From positions 65,722,871 to 65,786,866 of the forward strand of contig NC_068984.1 in assembly GCF_001194135.2 (NCBI RefSeq): 63,996 nt of DNA, given 5' to 3'. The stretch comes from Octopus bimaculoides. Its lineage: Eukaryota. The position numbers and the translations under genes are program-made. Positions 26,251-40,569 of the stretch are shown here, piece after piece. Below the pieces are notes generated by a model. The model saw only the letters and a list, made by a program, of their open reading frames with translations, made no database searches and was not told the DNA's origin. Every line of letters starts with the position of its first letter. Positions within the stretch are counted from its first letter, which is position 1.

Positions 26251-27535
26251 TAGCAAAACAAATTTCCAGTATATTTCATGAAATGACACAATTTATCCTT
26301 TACTACGGTAACACGTAATGAAACATGAAATTACGACACTTAGTTGTAGCAAAATATATGATGAACAGAGCACATAATCGTAAAACATTTACCAACACTG
26401 ATACTACTCTTGTTCCGCAATCTACGCAGCCATAATCACTGGTCTCTGTTCAAAGCCATTGCGCGTCCCCGCAGAAAGACATAAACAATGTAGAGCCATA
26501 CAAGCGCACACACAAATACATAACGGCATACATAGCAGAATATAATGTGTGTGCGTGTGTTTATGTGAGTATGTATGTGTGTGTATTTGTGTGTGTGAGT
26601 GTTTGTGTGTGTGGACGGTGTCACCATATGCATTAATGTATACCCATCTGAAATACCTGAAATCAGCATTGAACTGATTTATGCCAAATGTTTATATTTA
26701 TATTATATAAATTTAGCAAGATATAATTAGCAGATGGAAATATTTGTTGGAGTCTACATATTCAACTGAAATTTTGCTCACGTAAATTCAGGCTTGCTTA
26801 GCCACAAACCAATGATGGAGACTGGAAAATCAATAAATAACATAATATATTTTTGTAACATCATTCCACTTTTCATGTTTTACATGAATTAATAGTGTCA
26901 GTGCTACAATTTATACATTTTTGTTTGTAAATCAGTATTCATACGAATGTTTTACCTTTCTCCTAGGCAGTATTTTCCTTTTGTACCAATTATATGTTAA
27001 ATATATTTAGCCACATATCTGTTCGATTGGAAAGAAAAGTTAGTGATAATTAGGGAAAATCTCCTTTTTGTAGTATATCTTATCGTAAATATCAGCAAAC
27101 AAAAGAATGTTTTATGGAAGCATTCAGCCACAAAATTAAATTTTATTTTAAGTACACTTAGTGGTATTTGTTCTTACTAAAAATATTGTTTATGCTGTAT
27201 TTTTCAATTTACGTATTTTGTATGTTTTATATTTCTTTTGAAATATATTTCTGCATAATACAACACAAAATTAATGAATGTAAAGAAGATATTTCAGAAG
27301 TGAAAGTGAAAATATTGTTTTCTTTTTATTGTAAATATTTATCAACTTCATCTAAATATAATTAAATTATGAAAGGCCGAAAATCATGGAATCTATAATC
27401 AACCTATTTAAGCCTACATTTTCTATGTGCGTATGGGTGTGGGGTTAGCGTGTAATTGGCTGTATACATACATATATATGCATGTGTGTGTATGTGGGCG
27501 TGTGTATGTGTGTCCGCGCGTGTTTATGTGCTTGT

Positions 27536-27830
27536 AGGGATGGCATAGTGGTAAGAGTGTTTTCCTAAAATAATCATTGTTTCGATTTCCGGTGAGAGTG
27601 AAGCGTTTCCTTCATCAGCAAATCATACATTTCACATCGTTCTCGTTCACTCACCCTTGAAGTTGAATGAATAACACTGAGACGGACCTGCTTTCCCATT
27701 AGTGGACCTGTTATGCTCCTGGGTGCTTGTACGAAAAGAAAGCGAGTAACAGGCTCTAGAAGTTCAAGGAGAGAAATATCCTTGGGCTGCCTTTACCTGT
27801 ATATGTATCCATGGAAAACATGATTTTAAA
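27536..27830 (+). mobile_element. tRNA-headed SINE, decayed (possibly family C-related)
   Basis: A box TGGCATAGTGG at about 27540, B-box-like GTTTCGATTTCC, and a central TTTCACATCGTTCTCGTTCACTCACC resembling 49508-49535. Confidence 0.45.
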
Positions 27831-28499
27831 TATACTTACAATTTGATACATCTATACAATATGATACATCCTGAATGTGGATATGAGAGGCAAACATACG
27901 CATTCAATCAATACATATGCAACGATATTTAAATCATTTAAATTCGTACATACGGGAATGATTCGTCGCATCAGAGGCGCTAATATTAAAACTCACAAGT
28001 GTATATGGACAATTTCAAATTAAGTTCAAATTAAAATCTAAATGTAGAAATTAACGTATACATCCTACGGCCGTTTCAGGAGCATAGTAATAAGTGTAGA
28101 TATCGATATAAAATCCATTCTATTATCTCTATTTTCTTTGCCAAGTCTCTTGTATCTGTTACATTTAGCATGTTTGTTCATAGACGTCGAATTTCAGTTA
28201 CACTATACTCATTTGTAAGTGAAATAAAATTATTGGATGAACTAGACAAAAGATAATTTGAATAGAAATTAAAATATATGGTTAAGATGAAATTAAAAGG
28301 ATAATTTTCCTGATAATTATTCTAATGGTGAGATTATATTTCTCCTCCTATTTTCTTTTTTATTTATTATTTATTCCGGATTTATTGTTACTTAACGAAA
28401 GGATTAAAATGTGGATAGGTATTTATGTCTACATAAGATGATAGGTATTCCACAATTATTTTATTGATGGGAGCTTTTTTATGGAATTTTTCTTTTATT

Positions 28500-29950
28500 T
28501 AGGGAAAGTGGTATTTATGTCTTCATGAGAATGTTTTGGCATTACATTTTTTGTTTAGACGTAATATATTGATCGATTAATTTGTACAGGTTCCTGTATA
28601 TGAATTACAAGGAAGGGTTTCGGTAATTACTGACCATATCAATATTTTGCAATTTTAGAAGGTCAACATATGTTCCTTACGATGTAGTTTTAGGATAAAT
28701 AAATGAATTCATTTGCGCTCGGAATCTAGTTTTAATATCGGTTGTGCTCCCCATATTTTATTTTTTATTGGTTAGGTTTAGATGTTAGTAATTGGCATTT
28801 ATAAGTTACGTCTTATTTTCTTAAACTGAAGCTCTCTAAGGGCAGTGTTCAGGATTGCGACAGTTGCATGCTTGTTCCCCCTATTTGGGTTTTAGAACGT
28901 TGTTCCAAATAATTTCTATTGATTTCATTCGATTCCAAATGCTGAGAAGTTATGTTTAACCCATTATTGATATTCATTTGATTTGTCCGAATAGTATTCA
29001 TAACCCCTTGTTGTGATGTATCGATTATATTTTTTCCTGTATGTACATTAAATATAGTATTATTGTTAGGCTCCAGATCAGACATTTCCCATACACAAAC
29101 TCTATCTAAACTTATATCTATTATTACCTGCTGTAATTGACCCTAGATTTGCTGCGATGGAGTACGATATATATTTATACAAGATGTATTTTATATAGAA
29201 TAATCACTATTGCTTGGCGGAGAAAGTTTGCTAATATTTAAAAAGAAAGAAGCCAGGGAGGTTTCTAATTTGAAGAGAGAAAGTTGGGGTAAACAATAAG
29301 ATTTCCTGTTTTCTAAAAACGTTTTTATTATCCGTTGATTTATATTGAATTTCTCGGTGGATTTATGACAGTAGTTATCATGCTTTCGTGGTACTGAGTT
29401 TGGGATTAATCTTACCAGTTTATTTTTATGCATTGTTTTACGTATATAATAAATTGTATTATTAAATCCACTAACCTTAAGCACTTATTTGTATATTGGT
29501 GCATAGTTTTCAAATATTGTTTCATTTGCGGCCGATTAAAAATTCTTATCGAAATCCCATTTATTATACTATCTAAGAACCTTTTTAGGGTGATTTGACA
29601 TAGTGCTTGTATAATATGTTGTTTGGTTTGGCTTGTGATATGGAGCATATAGTTCACTATTCAAATTGGGGTTAGATCTAAAGAGTTTGCTACTTTCGTA
29701 CTTATTTCAAAGGATATATCCAAATCGTAATTTCCAAAGAATTTATGTAATGCTCTTTCTGAGGAAATATCAGTGATAGCAAATAATGCGTCATATCTGT
29801 ATAATCCTCCCTGCATACTAGGAAATATTGTATTATTTTGTGTGAGAAAAACTAAACCTACCAAATCCGTTATTTGGGCAGAATCGGATGAGACCATTTT
29901 TATGTCAAACTCATTAGAAAAGGGTTTGGGGTTCAGTTCTTCTTATTAAA
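28500..29950 (-). mobile_element. Decayed Penelope-like element (RT C-terminus, Asn-rich linker, GIY-YIG)
   Basis: SDSAQITDLVGL..GGLYRYDAL..EISTKVANSLDL (RT), KSYCLP, CNCRNPEHCPL, YMGSTTDIKTRFRAQMNSF and IWSVITETLPCNSYTGTC. Confidence 0.85.
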
Positions 29951-31503
29951 TTGTATTAGAGCTTTTCTAGTAGTTTTAATTATTTGTTTATCTCGTAGGT
30001 AAATCTCTATAAAATCGTCAGTAAACACAGTTGCCTTATTGAAACGATTGAGTGACACAGATGGATAATAGTTATTAATGTTGAATTGCAGAAAGTGTGT
30101 TCTTCTTATGTTTTAGAGATCAAAATCAAATAATGACATCCCTTGTTCTGTCTCATGATGGTAGGCTGATATTGCTTTTAATACACTGTAATGTTCTATC
30201 TATAATAGATTTAATAATGAAACGGCCGTACGCAGTATACGCTAATTTTCCTATTTGGATTTAATTTGGACTTCTCTATTCGAACTTACCATAGACTCTA
30301 GAGAGTTTTGATATTAACGCCTATGATGCCCATTTATAAGATTTAGAAACAGCTGAATATGTATATGTATATGCATTTCAATGCGTATACTTCCCTCTAA
30401 TATTGAAATATCTATTTTACCTATATATTTTAGGAAGCATTTAATGGACTGAAGTTTCACTTTTCATATATGAACTGATGGCCCAGAAATTTGCCACATA
30501 TTGTTGTTTTTTCTTGTTTTGTATTTCTCCGTTTTCGTGGGGATTAATTGTGTGTGTATATATATATANNNNNNNNNNNNNNNNNNNNNNNNNNNNNNNN
30601 NNNNNNNNNNNNNNNNNNNNNNNNNNNNNNNNNNNNNNNNNNNNNNNNNNNNNNNNNNNNNNNNNNNNNNNNNNNNNNNNNNNNNNNNNNNNNNNNNNNN
30701 NNNNNNNNNNNNNNNNNNNNNNNNNNNNNNNNNNNNNNNNNNNNNNNNNNNNNNNNNNNNNNNNNNNNNNNNNNNNNNNNNNNNNNNNNNNNNNNNNNNN
30801 NNNNNNNNNNNNNNNNNNNNNNNNNNNNNNNNNNNNNNNNNNNNNNNNNNNNNNNNNNNNNNNNNNNNNNNNNNNNNNNNNNNNNNNNNNNNNNNNNNNN
30901 NNNNNNNNNNNNNNNNNNNNNNNNNNNNNNNNNNNNNNNNNNNNNNNNNNNNNNNNNNNNNNNNNNNNNNNNNNNNNNNNNNNNNNNNNNNNNNNNNNNN
31001 NNNNNNNNNNNNNNNNNNNNNNNNNNNNNNNNNNNNNNNNNNNNNNNNNNNNNNNNNNNNNNNNNNNNNNNNNNNNNNNNNNNNNNNNNNNNNNNNNNNN
31101 NNNNNNNNNNNNNNNNNNNNNNNNNNNNNNNNNNNNNNNNNNNNNNNNNNNNNNNNNNNNNNNNNNNNNNNNNNNNNNNNNNNNNNNNNNNNNNNNNNNN
31201 NNNNNNNNNNNNNNNNNNNNNNNNNNNNNNNNNNNNNNNNNNNNNNNNNNNNNNNNNNNNNNNNNNNNNNNNNNNNNNNNNNNNNNNNNNNNNNNNNNNN
31301 NNNNNNNNNNNNNNNNNNNNNNNNNNNNNNNNNNNNNNNNNNNNNNNNNNNNNNNNNNNNNNNNNNNNNNNNNNNNNNNNNNNNNNNNNNNNNNNNNNNN
31401 NNNNNNNNNNNNNNNNNNNNNNNNNNNNNNNNNNNNNNNNNNNNNNNNNNNNNNNNNNNNNNNNNNNNNNNNNNNNNNNNNNNNNNNNNNNNNNNNNNNN
31501 NTA

Positions 31504-31545
<42 letters not shown>

Positions 31546-34199
31546 TGTGTCTGTGTGTGTGTGTGTGTATAGACATACATGCGGACAACCACTCACCCAC
31601 GTACATATTGATATTTATCGTCCTCATCATCAAAGTCATCATGTTAGTTATTACTACCGACAGCAGCAACATTACTTACAACGCTGAACTATTGCATCAT
31701 TGTCAATATCTCCGTATACCAACGGATGTCATATTTTCAGGTTACAAACCAAAGTTCATAGCAAATATTTAATATCATCGATATTGTTTATCATGTGTAT
31801 CATATGATATTTGTTCGGATTTCTAAGTGAAAGTTTCAATTTAAATATATTTAATATAAGGGCAGTATAACACAATGTAAACACATGGTATATTTGATTC
31901 ATTTTCGCTCGATCAATAGACAGATATTGAAATCTGTGCAACCTTATTCGGATACGACAAGTTTCTCTTTAATATTGTGGATTTATCATACCTATGAACC
32001 TAATGCTTTCAAATGTGGTATAAAATTATGCAGGCAAACATTTACATCTAGACCTTTCAACATTTTTCCTATATGTTTCTCATTGAATTCTAATTTTCGT
32101 ATTTCTCGTACATCGTTTGTAATGGGCTTTCGTAATCGATCTCTTCTCATTTCGCCTATTAAGCAATTTCTTACAGGACTAAATATTTGCTGTTATTAAA
32201 TCTATTTAAGCACTATATCAATAATTTGTAAAACATATCAGTAACTGTACAAATATGTTGACACATTTTTCTTCAGCCTGTCTATGTAACTTCCTTTTCT
32301 CTCTGTCGCACTTTCTACGGATTATACAATATAGCGCTTTTATATCTGATCTTAAACAAAAACAATCTACAATCCTACTTTGTATGGAAACCTACTTTTA
32401 TGAGGTTCAATATATGTACGTCTGTTTTCATTTTTTCTTCGGTGATCTTGAGAGTTGATATTAATTTTGATAGGAACCTTCGAATATATCCATTTGCTTT
32501 TATGTGCCTAAAAGCCAACTATAGCTAATGATTGATCGCAAGAGAATATATAATATTAATGGAAATTTCTATGAAATACATATTGCATCATTTTTGTTTA
32601 TATAGTACTTCAGTAGTATACATTCCGAACTCTTTGCAAATAGATTTAATGCATAAGCATTTAAAAGATTACTTCATACTCCACAAATATATATGACCGT
32701 GCTCTGTAAGGGCAGTGTTACATAAGCAAAATTTTAATATCTTCCTTATAGCTAACACTCAGACATAGTGATAGGTATTGTCTTATATTTGAAACCTCAT
32801 CATACACAACACTGGTTTGTAATTTGACAATATATTACACAGTAACTTATATGTAAAATTGTTACTTAGGGAAAATGGAATAAAGTTAATAGTATGGCTT
32901 CATTCTTAATACAAATTAATGCCCATCCAAGCTAAATCATTTTGCACTGATCTTATTTCTCACCACATGTACCATCAACGTACTAATGGACTATTCACAA
33001 AACCGATATCTTATTTTGCTTAATATAATACAAAATAATAATGGTGTGCGTATAAAGGGAAATAAAGTCGTCTGGTGCTACTGGTTTTTATTATAATCAC
33101 AACGTTCCCCTAAAATATCAGAGCGTTAAGAAAAAAATGCTTAAAGTACAGTCTTTTTGAGATGCACATATTATCTTAGATATATAAACGTGATTAACAC
33201 TGAATTAACAGCTTACATTATAAAATTAAATTGTAAAGAAACGAAACTACCAATTCATTACAGATGAATCACCCCAAAAATATCATATTTTACACGTAGA
33301 TAAAATTGAATGGATTCAACTGGGAATCAGATTGTATTGTAAACGTGCTTTTACATATATGTAAAGATTGTGGTAAAGGACAGAAATATAATGAAATTTG
33401 AAATACGGAAACTGAATTTTTATGCCTATTTTCAAATATGAACAGTCAATAACAAACTAATAATGTATCAAAATTAATTTTTAAATGCTCTAGATGTTTA
33501 CATTTGAAGTATATTGAAAAGAATTGTTTTAATTCGAGTAGATATGTTTATACATTCGCTCTACGATTTGCCATTTTTTGGCAAGAACTGTAACCGTATG
33601 CTATTAGCGGTTTAAGAGTAGGATATAAAAATACATTACACATCTCAGTTGAAGTTGTTTCACTTTACATTCGCTGTTAATGACCCTGGAGTTGGAAGAA
33701 ATCCAAAAGGAAATTAACTATTCAAAGTAAATTGCTCTCATGCTAAACATAGCATGCAGATTCTGAAAATATTTACAAGACAAATAATTGAAAGAAAGAA
33801 ATTTATTGAAAAGGAAATAATTAGAATGCGAATGTGCATATATTTTATATCCAATGATCTACAGCTAATGAAAGATTTATCGAAAGCTCTCTGACGCAGC
33901 ATTAATTTATTATAAACAAATGCTCATTCATATATTGGGAAAATAATTTGTTTGTTTGGCGATCAAAGGCGATAATGTTATTGATCAAATGTTGACAATT
34001 TCATTTGATAACGTAGACTTAAAAGAAAATAATGTTTCACTCTTGGACTTTATACCACACATTTACATGATTCTTAATGATAACAGTGTAATCGGTAATG
34101 CGAAAGTAGAATTTAGTAGGCATCCTATCGGGAAATACTTAACAAGAAAGTAGAATTTCTTTACATAGTTAATACATACCTTTTCGAAACTGAAATATA

Positions 34200-35120
34200 T
34201 ATTAAAAAGAAAAAAAGCCTGACATTTATGGACAGAACACTTTAGTGTCTGTGGCCCTCAATAACGCTCTCAATTTCGCAGAAAGACACACACACCTTTT
34301 TATGAGGGAAATAAATGTAATACTCACTGCTCGGAAGACTGCTATCGAATTTGATAACAAGCTATGGGCAAGAAAAGACACACCAGACCTCTTTGATATT
34401 ACAATGGGATCGCCAGACTCCCCGGAAACGACTGACCTGGTAGGTCTTTATATCTTAGACAATATAGGTAGGGAATTTCCTGAATTAACTGGAGGTCTCT
34501 ATAGAGATGACGCACCATTTTTGGTTGAAAACATTTCGAATAGACGTCTCGAACTGCTTTAAAAAATCTACATAAATTCTTCCATACGTTTGGCCTATCC
34601 ATAACAATTGAAAATAAAAATTATTCGATAAATTATTTGGATCTAATTTGCAACCAAAATACCGGATTACACGAGACGTAGGTAAAGGGAAATTCTAATT
34701 TAAGATATATAAATAGTTCAAGTAATTATCCCCTGCAGATAAAAAAAAGCACTACTGCTAAATATAAGTAAAAGAATTTCAAACCTCTCCTCTAATGAAG
34801 AGATATTTAATAAACATAAGGAAAGACACAATGTGGCACTAAAAAATGCAGGATATAAGGATGGAATTAAATACATCCACAATAATAATAACCGTAATAG
34901 TCGGGATGGAGCAACTACCTCCAAAATGATTAATATTGTCAAATGTAGCACTGCCAAAGATAGAAATAGAAACAAAAATAATAATTATAACAACAGTAAT
35001 AACAATAATAATATTAATAATATTAATAAGAGAAATATAGAAAATAGGATAAGTCAACCAATGGAAACAATAGTAATAAAAGTAATAGTGCTAATAACAG
35101 TAATAACAATAATGATGATG

Positions 35121-35202
<82 letters not shown>

Positions 35203-35690
35203 TAATAATTATGGACGAAATAACAGTTTTAAAAACAATAGGTATAATAGTAATAACAACAACAAAAACTGTAACATAATGAATAATATTAAATATAATA
35301 TTCGAATCATGAATAATACCGGAAAATCTACGCATAACATAGGCAACTCTTATAAAGACAATAATGGGGTGGATACTCTCTGGCTGATAATCCCCTTCGC
35401 CATACAAATCAAAAATGATATAGTAAAAACAATCTTCAATCTGATCTATAAACACTTTGCAAAAGGAAAAAAAACAATATTGGGAGTTAATTAATAGCAA
35501 AACAATAAGAATAGGATATAGCCTAACACACAACCTGGCTACCATAATCTCCTCAATTAACAATAGAAAACTGGACGTTTTCAATATAAGTAGGAAGAAT
35601 AACATAGACAACACAAACATATATAAGAACAATAAAACCTATAATAATAATGGTTTTAATAATAATAATGATAATATGATTTTTTTTTCT
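34200..35690 (+). mobile_element. Penelope-like element, 5' part (RT plus AAT-rich linker)
   Basis: FDITMGSPDSPETTDLVGLYIL..GGLYRDDA, SSNYP..NISKRISNLSSNEEIFNKHK..ALKNAGY and WLIIPF..KTIRIGYS..NLATIISSINNRKL. Confidence 0.9.
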
Positions 35691-35699
35691 TAAATACAT

Positions 35700-35818
35700 G
35701 TTTTACCTATGAATTTGCGTGTGTAAATTGGGAATGCATACAACGTTTCTCTGCCCTAGGTGTACGGAAAACACTCGGCGAGAAATGGGGAAAAAATTGA
35801 AGAAAGAAGAAAAAAAAC

Positions 35819-35820
<2 letters not shown>
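35700..35820 (+). mobile_element. About 120-bp fragment ending in an A-rich tail then (AAT)n; probable 3' tip of another retroelement
   Basis: Non-PLE, non-Dong sequence (..FLCPRCTENTRREMGKKLKK) bounded by simple repeats; family not recognised. Confidence 0.35.
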
Positions 35821-35877
<57 letters not shown>

Positions 35878-35880
<3 letters not shown>

Positions 35881-37668
35881 GGCCTTCGACAGTGTTCCCC
35901 ACACGTGGATTCTGGCACCAATTATTATAAAATACATAGGGCACTCAATGAACAAATGGCAAACAGTGCTAGAGCTCGAAACAAAAGAGTGACTTGTGAA
36001 AACGAAAGCCATCGCCATTAGAAGAGGAATATTCCAGGGAGACACGCTCTCTCCACTCCTGTTCTGTCTGGCACTCACACCTTTAACAGAATTGCTAAAC
36101 AGAACTGGATGCGGTTACAAATGCTACGGAAAAACAGTCAGCCACCTTCTATATATGGATGACCTAAAATTATATGCTAAAAACGACAAAGAGCTAGAAA
36201 CACTACTACATACAGTACACGGCTTTACCAAGGAAATAGTTATGAAATTCGGATTAGAACAATGTGCCAAAGCAACCCTGAAAAGAGGAACATTAGTTAA
36301 AAGTAGCAGTATAACACTAGATAAAGCCAATGAAATAAGAGAACTAGACGAAAGCCAACCATACAAGTATTTAGGAGTCAATGAACTAGATAGGATACAA
36401 CATACACAAATGAAAGGAAAAATAAAGAAAGAGTACTATAAACGAGTTTTGATCAATACTAAAAACAGAGCTCAATGCTAAAAACAAGATAATGGGTATC
36501 AACACTTTAGCTGTCCCAGTTATAAGCTGCAGCAACAACATCCTTAACTGGACACTAAACGAACTATGTAAAATAGNNNNNNNNNNNNNNNNNNNNNNNN
36601 NNNNNNNNNNNNNNNNNNNNNNNNNNNNNNNNNNNNNNNNNNNNNNNNNNNNNNNNNNNNNNNNNNNNNNNNNNNNNNNNNNNNNNNNNNNNNNNNNNNN
36701 NNNNNNNNNNNNNNNNNNNNNNNNNNNNNNNNNNNNNNNNNNNNNNNNNNNNNNNNNNNNNNNNNNNNNNNNNNNNNNNNNNNNNNNNNNNNNNNNNNNN
36801 NNNNNNNNNNNNNNNNNNNNNNNNNNNNNNNNNNNNNNNNNNNNNNNNNNNNNNNNNNNNNNNNNNNNNNNNNNNNNNNNNNNNNNNNNNNNNNNNNNNN
36901 NNNNNNNNNNNNNNNNNNNNNNNNNNNNNNNNNNNNNNNNNNNNNNNNNNNNNNNNNNNNNNNNNNNNNNNNNNNNNNNNNNNNNNNNNNNNNNNNNNNN
37001 NNNNNNNNNNNNNNNNNNNNNNNNNNNNNNNNNNNNNNNNNNNNNNNNNNNNNNNNNNNNNNNNNNNNNNNNNNNNNNNNNNNNNNNNNNNNNNNNNNNN
37101 NNNNNNNNNNNNNNNNNNNNNNNNNNNNNNNNNNNNNNNNNNNNNNNNNNNNNNNNNNNNNNNNNNNNNNNNNNNNNNNNNNNNNNNNNNNNNNNNNNNN
37201 NNNNNNNNNNNNNNNNNNNNNNNNNNNNNNNNNNNNNNNNNNNNNNNNNNNNNNNNNNNNNNNNNNNNNNNNNNNNNNNNNNNNNNNNNNNNNNNNNNNN
37301 NNNNNNNNNNNNNNNNNNNNNNNNNNNNNNNNNNNNNNNNNNNNNNNNNNNNNNNNNNNNNNNNNNNNNNNNNNNNNNNNNNNNNNNNNNNNNNNNNNNN
37401 NNNNNNNNNNNNNNNNNNNNNNNNNNNNNNNNCTTAGGTATAATAAAAAAAAAATATTCAGACAAATACATAACAAAAACACCAGGACTTACAAATATAT
37501 ATAACATACAGAAAATTGCACTATTGCGTACTGCACACATCCTACGCAAAACACTTTCAATACAGTAAACATAAGAGCACCACAGCAAACCACAGCACAT
37601 ACCCAAGGCGCACAGAGCTGCGCTCGGTAGTGAAGTGAAAGCACGTTATAAAAATAAAACTACTGAAC
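35878..37668 (+). mobile_element. 5'-truncated R4/Dong-clade non-LTR retrotransposon
   Basis: Begins at KAFDSVPHTWIL, then RRGIFQGDTLSPLLFCLAL..HLLYMDDLKLYAKN..KFGLEQCAK..YKYLG, and ends IQKIALLRTAHILRKTLSIQ* plus a 3' UTR. One in-frame TGA at 35990-35992. (AAT)n flanks both sides; the middle falls in an N gap. Confidence 0.9.
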
Positions 37669-37669
37669 A

Positions 37670-37683
37670 ATAATAATAACAAC

Positions 37684-37753
<70 letters not shown>

Positions 37754-38450
37754 TTAATAATAATAATAATGATTATAATATTGATAATAGAAACAATAAT
37801 AATAAAAATAATAATAATAGTAGTAGTAGTAATGATAATAATAGTACAAGTAAGAACAGAAGTATTAATATTAATTATGATAGTAGTAAGAATACTAACA
37901 TTGTTAATAACAATAGAATAAACAATAACAGCATCATAGGGATCAACAATAACCGAAACAAATAGTAATACCATGGAAAATATTAACGCCAACCATATAA
38001 ACAACGTGCACGAATGGAAAAAAAAATTGAAATTGTAGAATAAGTGATAGTTGTGTTTTTAGAAATAGCTGCATTAAAAAAGAGGTAGTATATCAATGTG
38101 TAGTAAGTACATTTTGATAGTAGGGTATATGTGGGTGCGACTAAAAACGGTATGAAACAGAGACTAAATTATCACAATTATACGTTCAGGAACATGAATA
38201 GAAGGAATTCTACCGGATTAAGTAGCTACATATAGGAACTCAAAGATAAGAATACTAACTATAACCTACACTGGGAAATATTAACATCCGCACCTGCATA
38301 CAATAATAAGACTAGAAAATGCTTATTATGTATCAATGACATTTTTTCCTAATTAGGGCCCAAATTCCACTTACTAACAATCTGAAAGAACGTAACTTGT
38401 CCTGCCTTCATGAAATTGGGTATACCTTCCCAAAATATAAGTAGAACCAA
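37670..38450 (+). mobile_element. Penelope-like element, 3' part (AAT-rich linker plus GIY-YIG)
   Basis: VYVGATKNGMKQRLNYHNYTFRNMNRRNSTGLSSYI*ELKDKNTNYNLHWEILTSAPAYNNKTRKCLLC; continues the PLE at 34200-35690. Confidence 0.9.
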
Positions 38451-39239
38451 GTATTAAGATACCACTCCTGATGTAATAGTGGTTATTTAGAGTTAACCAC
38501 TGTTACTATACTATATTGTAGGAGCTAAAACATGATATTTATGTATATGTATTGAATGTAAATAGAACTTAGTTCTACAACACCACATCTGATGTGATGG
38601 TACTTAATTAGAGTTTACTGATATTGTATTAGATAATTAAGCAGACATATGTAAATGAGTATATATATGTTTAGTTGGATATAATTATGTTAAAGTACGC
38701 ATACATACACCTGTGAAGAGTTATTACTGTAAGTACTATTTCTGTATTGATATAAGTATTTGTAGGCATATGTGTGTATATATATATATATATGTATGTG
38801 TATATGTGTGGGTGTATATATATATATGTGTGTGTATATGCATATGTGTATATGTACATATATGTATATATGTATATGTATGTATATATGTGTATGGGTG
38901 TGTCTATTTGTCTATATGTCTATATATATCTGTATGTACGTATATATGTACTTATATATTTGCAATCATTTATGGGTATATCATGTACTTGTAAATGTAT
39001 CTATTTAGATACATGCATCTATATGTACACATATATGTAGTTGTAGGCGGGTATGCACTTATATATGGGTATGTATATATGCTTGTATTGACAATTAGGT
39101 ATGTATAATATGCCTACATGTATATGTAGATGTATATACTCATGTACGAATACAGTTATATGGATGTGTGTGTAGATGTGTGTGTATGTAAGTAGGTGTG
39201 TGTGCGTGGTTGTGTGGGGTGTGTGAGTGTGTACGCGTC

Positions 39240-40569
39240 TACCGTCCCAAATTATTAGGTAGTTCTAATAAAAATGCTAAATATGCAAAAACAAACAATT
39301 ATTTAATGCGGCAATTAATTTTTAGCATCAAATATAATCATAACGCACTTTATAATGAACATGATAATATGTTTAAATGAAAATAATACAAGAAATATGA
39401 TGTCATAATGTTCTGAATGATGGAAGTATGATCCTCCTCATGAAAACGTCCCTGATGCGTTTATCCATTGAATTTGCCAAGGGAACTATTTCATCTGGTG
39501 TAATACTCGCAGTCGTATCCACAATAGCTTTCCAGAGTGCCTCTTTCGTTGAAAACTGCCTTCCATCTTGATATATCTTCCTCTACAGAACACTTCATAG
39601 ATGTTCAATCGGGTTTGTGTCGAGTGAACATGCTGACCACCCCCACAAACGGCGTCCAGAGAGGCTTAATTGCTGTAGGTATTCAAGAGATTTCTTAGTT
39701 AAATGAGAGAGCGAATTATCTTGCATGAATACCAGCGTTAACTTTAAAGAAACTTTTAGCTTCTTCAACCATGGCTTAAAATTGTTCTCCAAAAAGGCAA
39801 TATAGGCATTAGATGTCATCTTAATTTCATCTGGACAAACCAACTTTTTTCCAATGATGCCAGCCCTAATCATGACTGTGCATGCGCTTTGTTGGCATCT
39901 CAAACGATGAGGACGATTTCCGCCGATTGCAACCTATCGTTTGCTGCACCCATCTGGTCCATTTGGGTAGCATGGCATTCATCAATAAAGAAGACTTTTG
40001 AAAAATCTATTTTCATGTAGTCTTCTGCTCTTTTGCTTCTGTTATATTTGTGAACAACTTTCAGAGGGGGCTTTGTTACAGGTTTTACGTACTTGACTAC
40101 CTAGTAGATTTCGAAATGTCTTGCTGACCACAACGTTTAAATACATCTCGACTAGTCAGATACGTGTTCTTCGCAACATCCCTCGATATACTTGACAGAG
40201 TATGCCTGGAAACAACACTCGATTTACCCTTGTCAGCCCTCGAACGGACAGTCAGATATTTCCAAAGTCGTTTTTGTTTTTACAAACTCTGAGACGATGG
40301 TGGACTTCTCACTTGATCTTAAATCACGTTTTCGACTCACAATAACACTTTATTGGGCACTTGCCTAATAATTTAAGGCGGTAAAATTGTTGCTGTCTCA
40401 CGAAAATTGCCGCCGTTTGTTTACATCTGTGCGGATCCAATTTATTTAACTACTGTATACGCAGGCAGATGTTACCATCATTCAAGGAAAAAATATCTGG
40501 ATTCGAACGAATAAATACTCTGTAATTTCGTAAAAACGGAGCTGCTTAATAATTTGACACGCCGTGTAT
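39240..40569 (-). mobile_element. Near full-length decayed DD37E (TRT-like) Tc1/mariner-superfamily transposon
   Basis: VFMQDNSLSH...CSLDTNPIEHL has 37 residues between D and E. Imperfect TIR cores CAAATTATTAGG (39248) and CTTAATAATTTG (40545). Confidence 0.8.

Noticed and set aside
28614-28645. Hammerhead-like TTGATATGGTCAGTAATTACCGAAAC on the minus strand
   Set aside because: It lies within the PLE GIY-YIG coding remnant (IWSVITET), and the CUGANGA core is absent.
31690-33100. Possible additional PLE or transposase remnants (recurring TAAGGGCAGT, HCPL-like)
   Set aside because: Too decayed to assign.
38460-38510. CTGATGT plus an 8-bp hairpin just after the PLE ORF, where a hammerhead is expected
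   Set aside because: The core deviates (CUGAUGU, GUUAC); it cannot be called a ribozyme from one copy.
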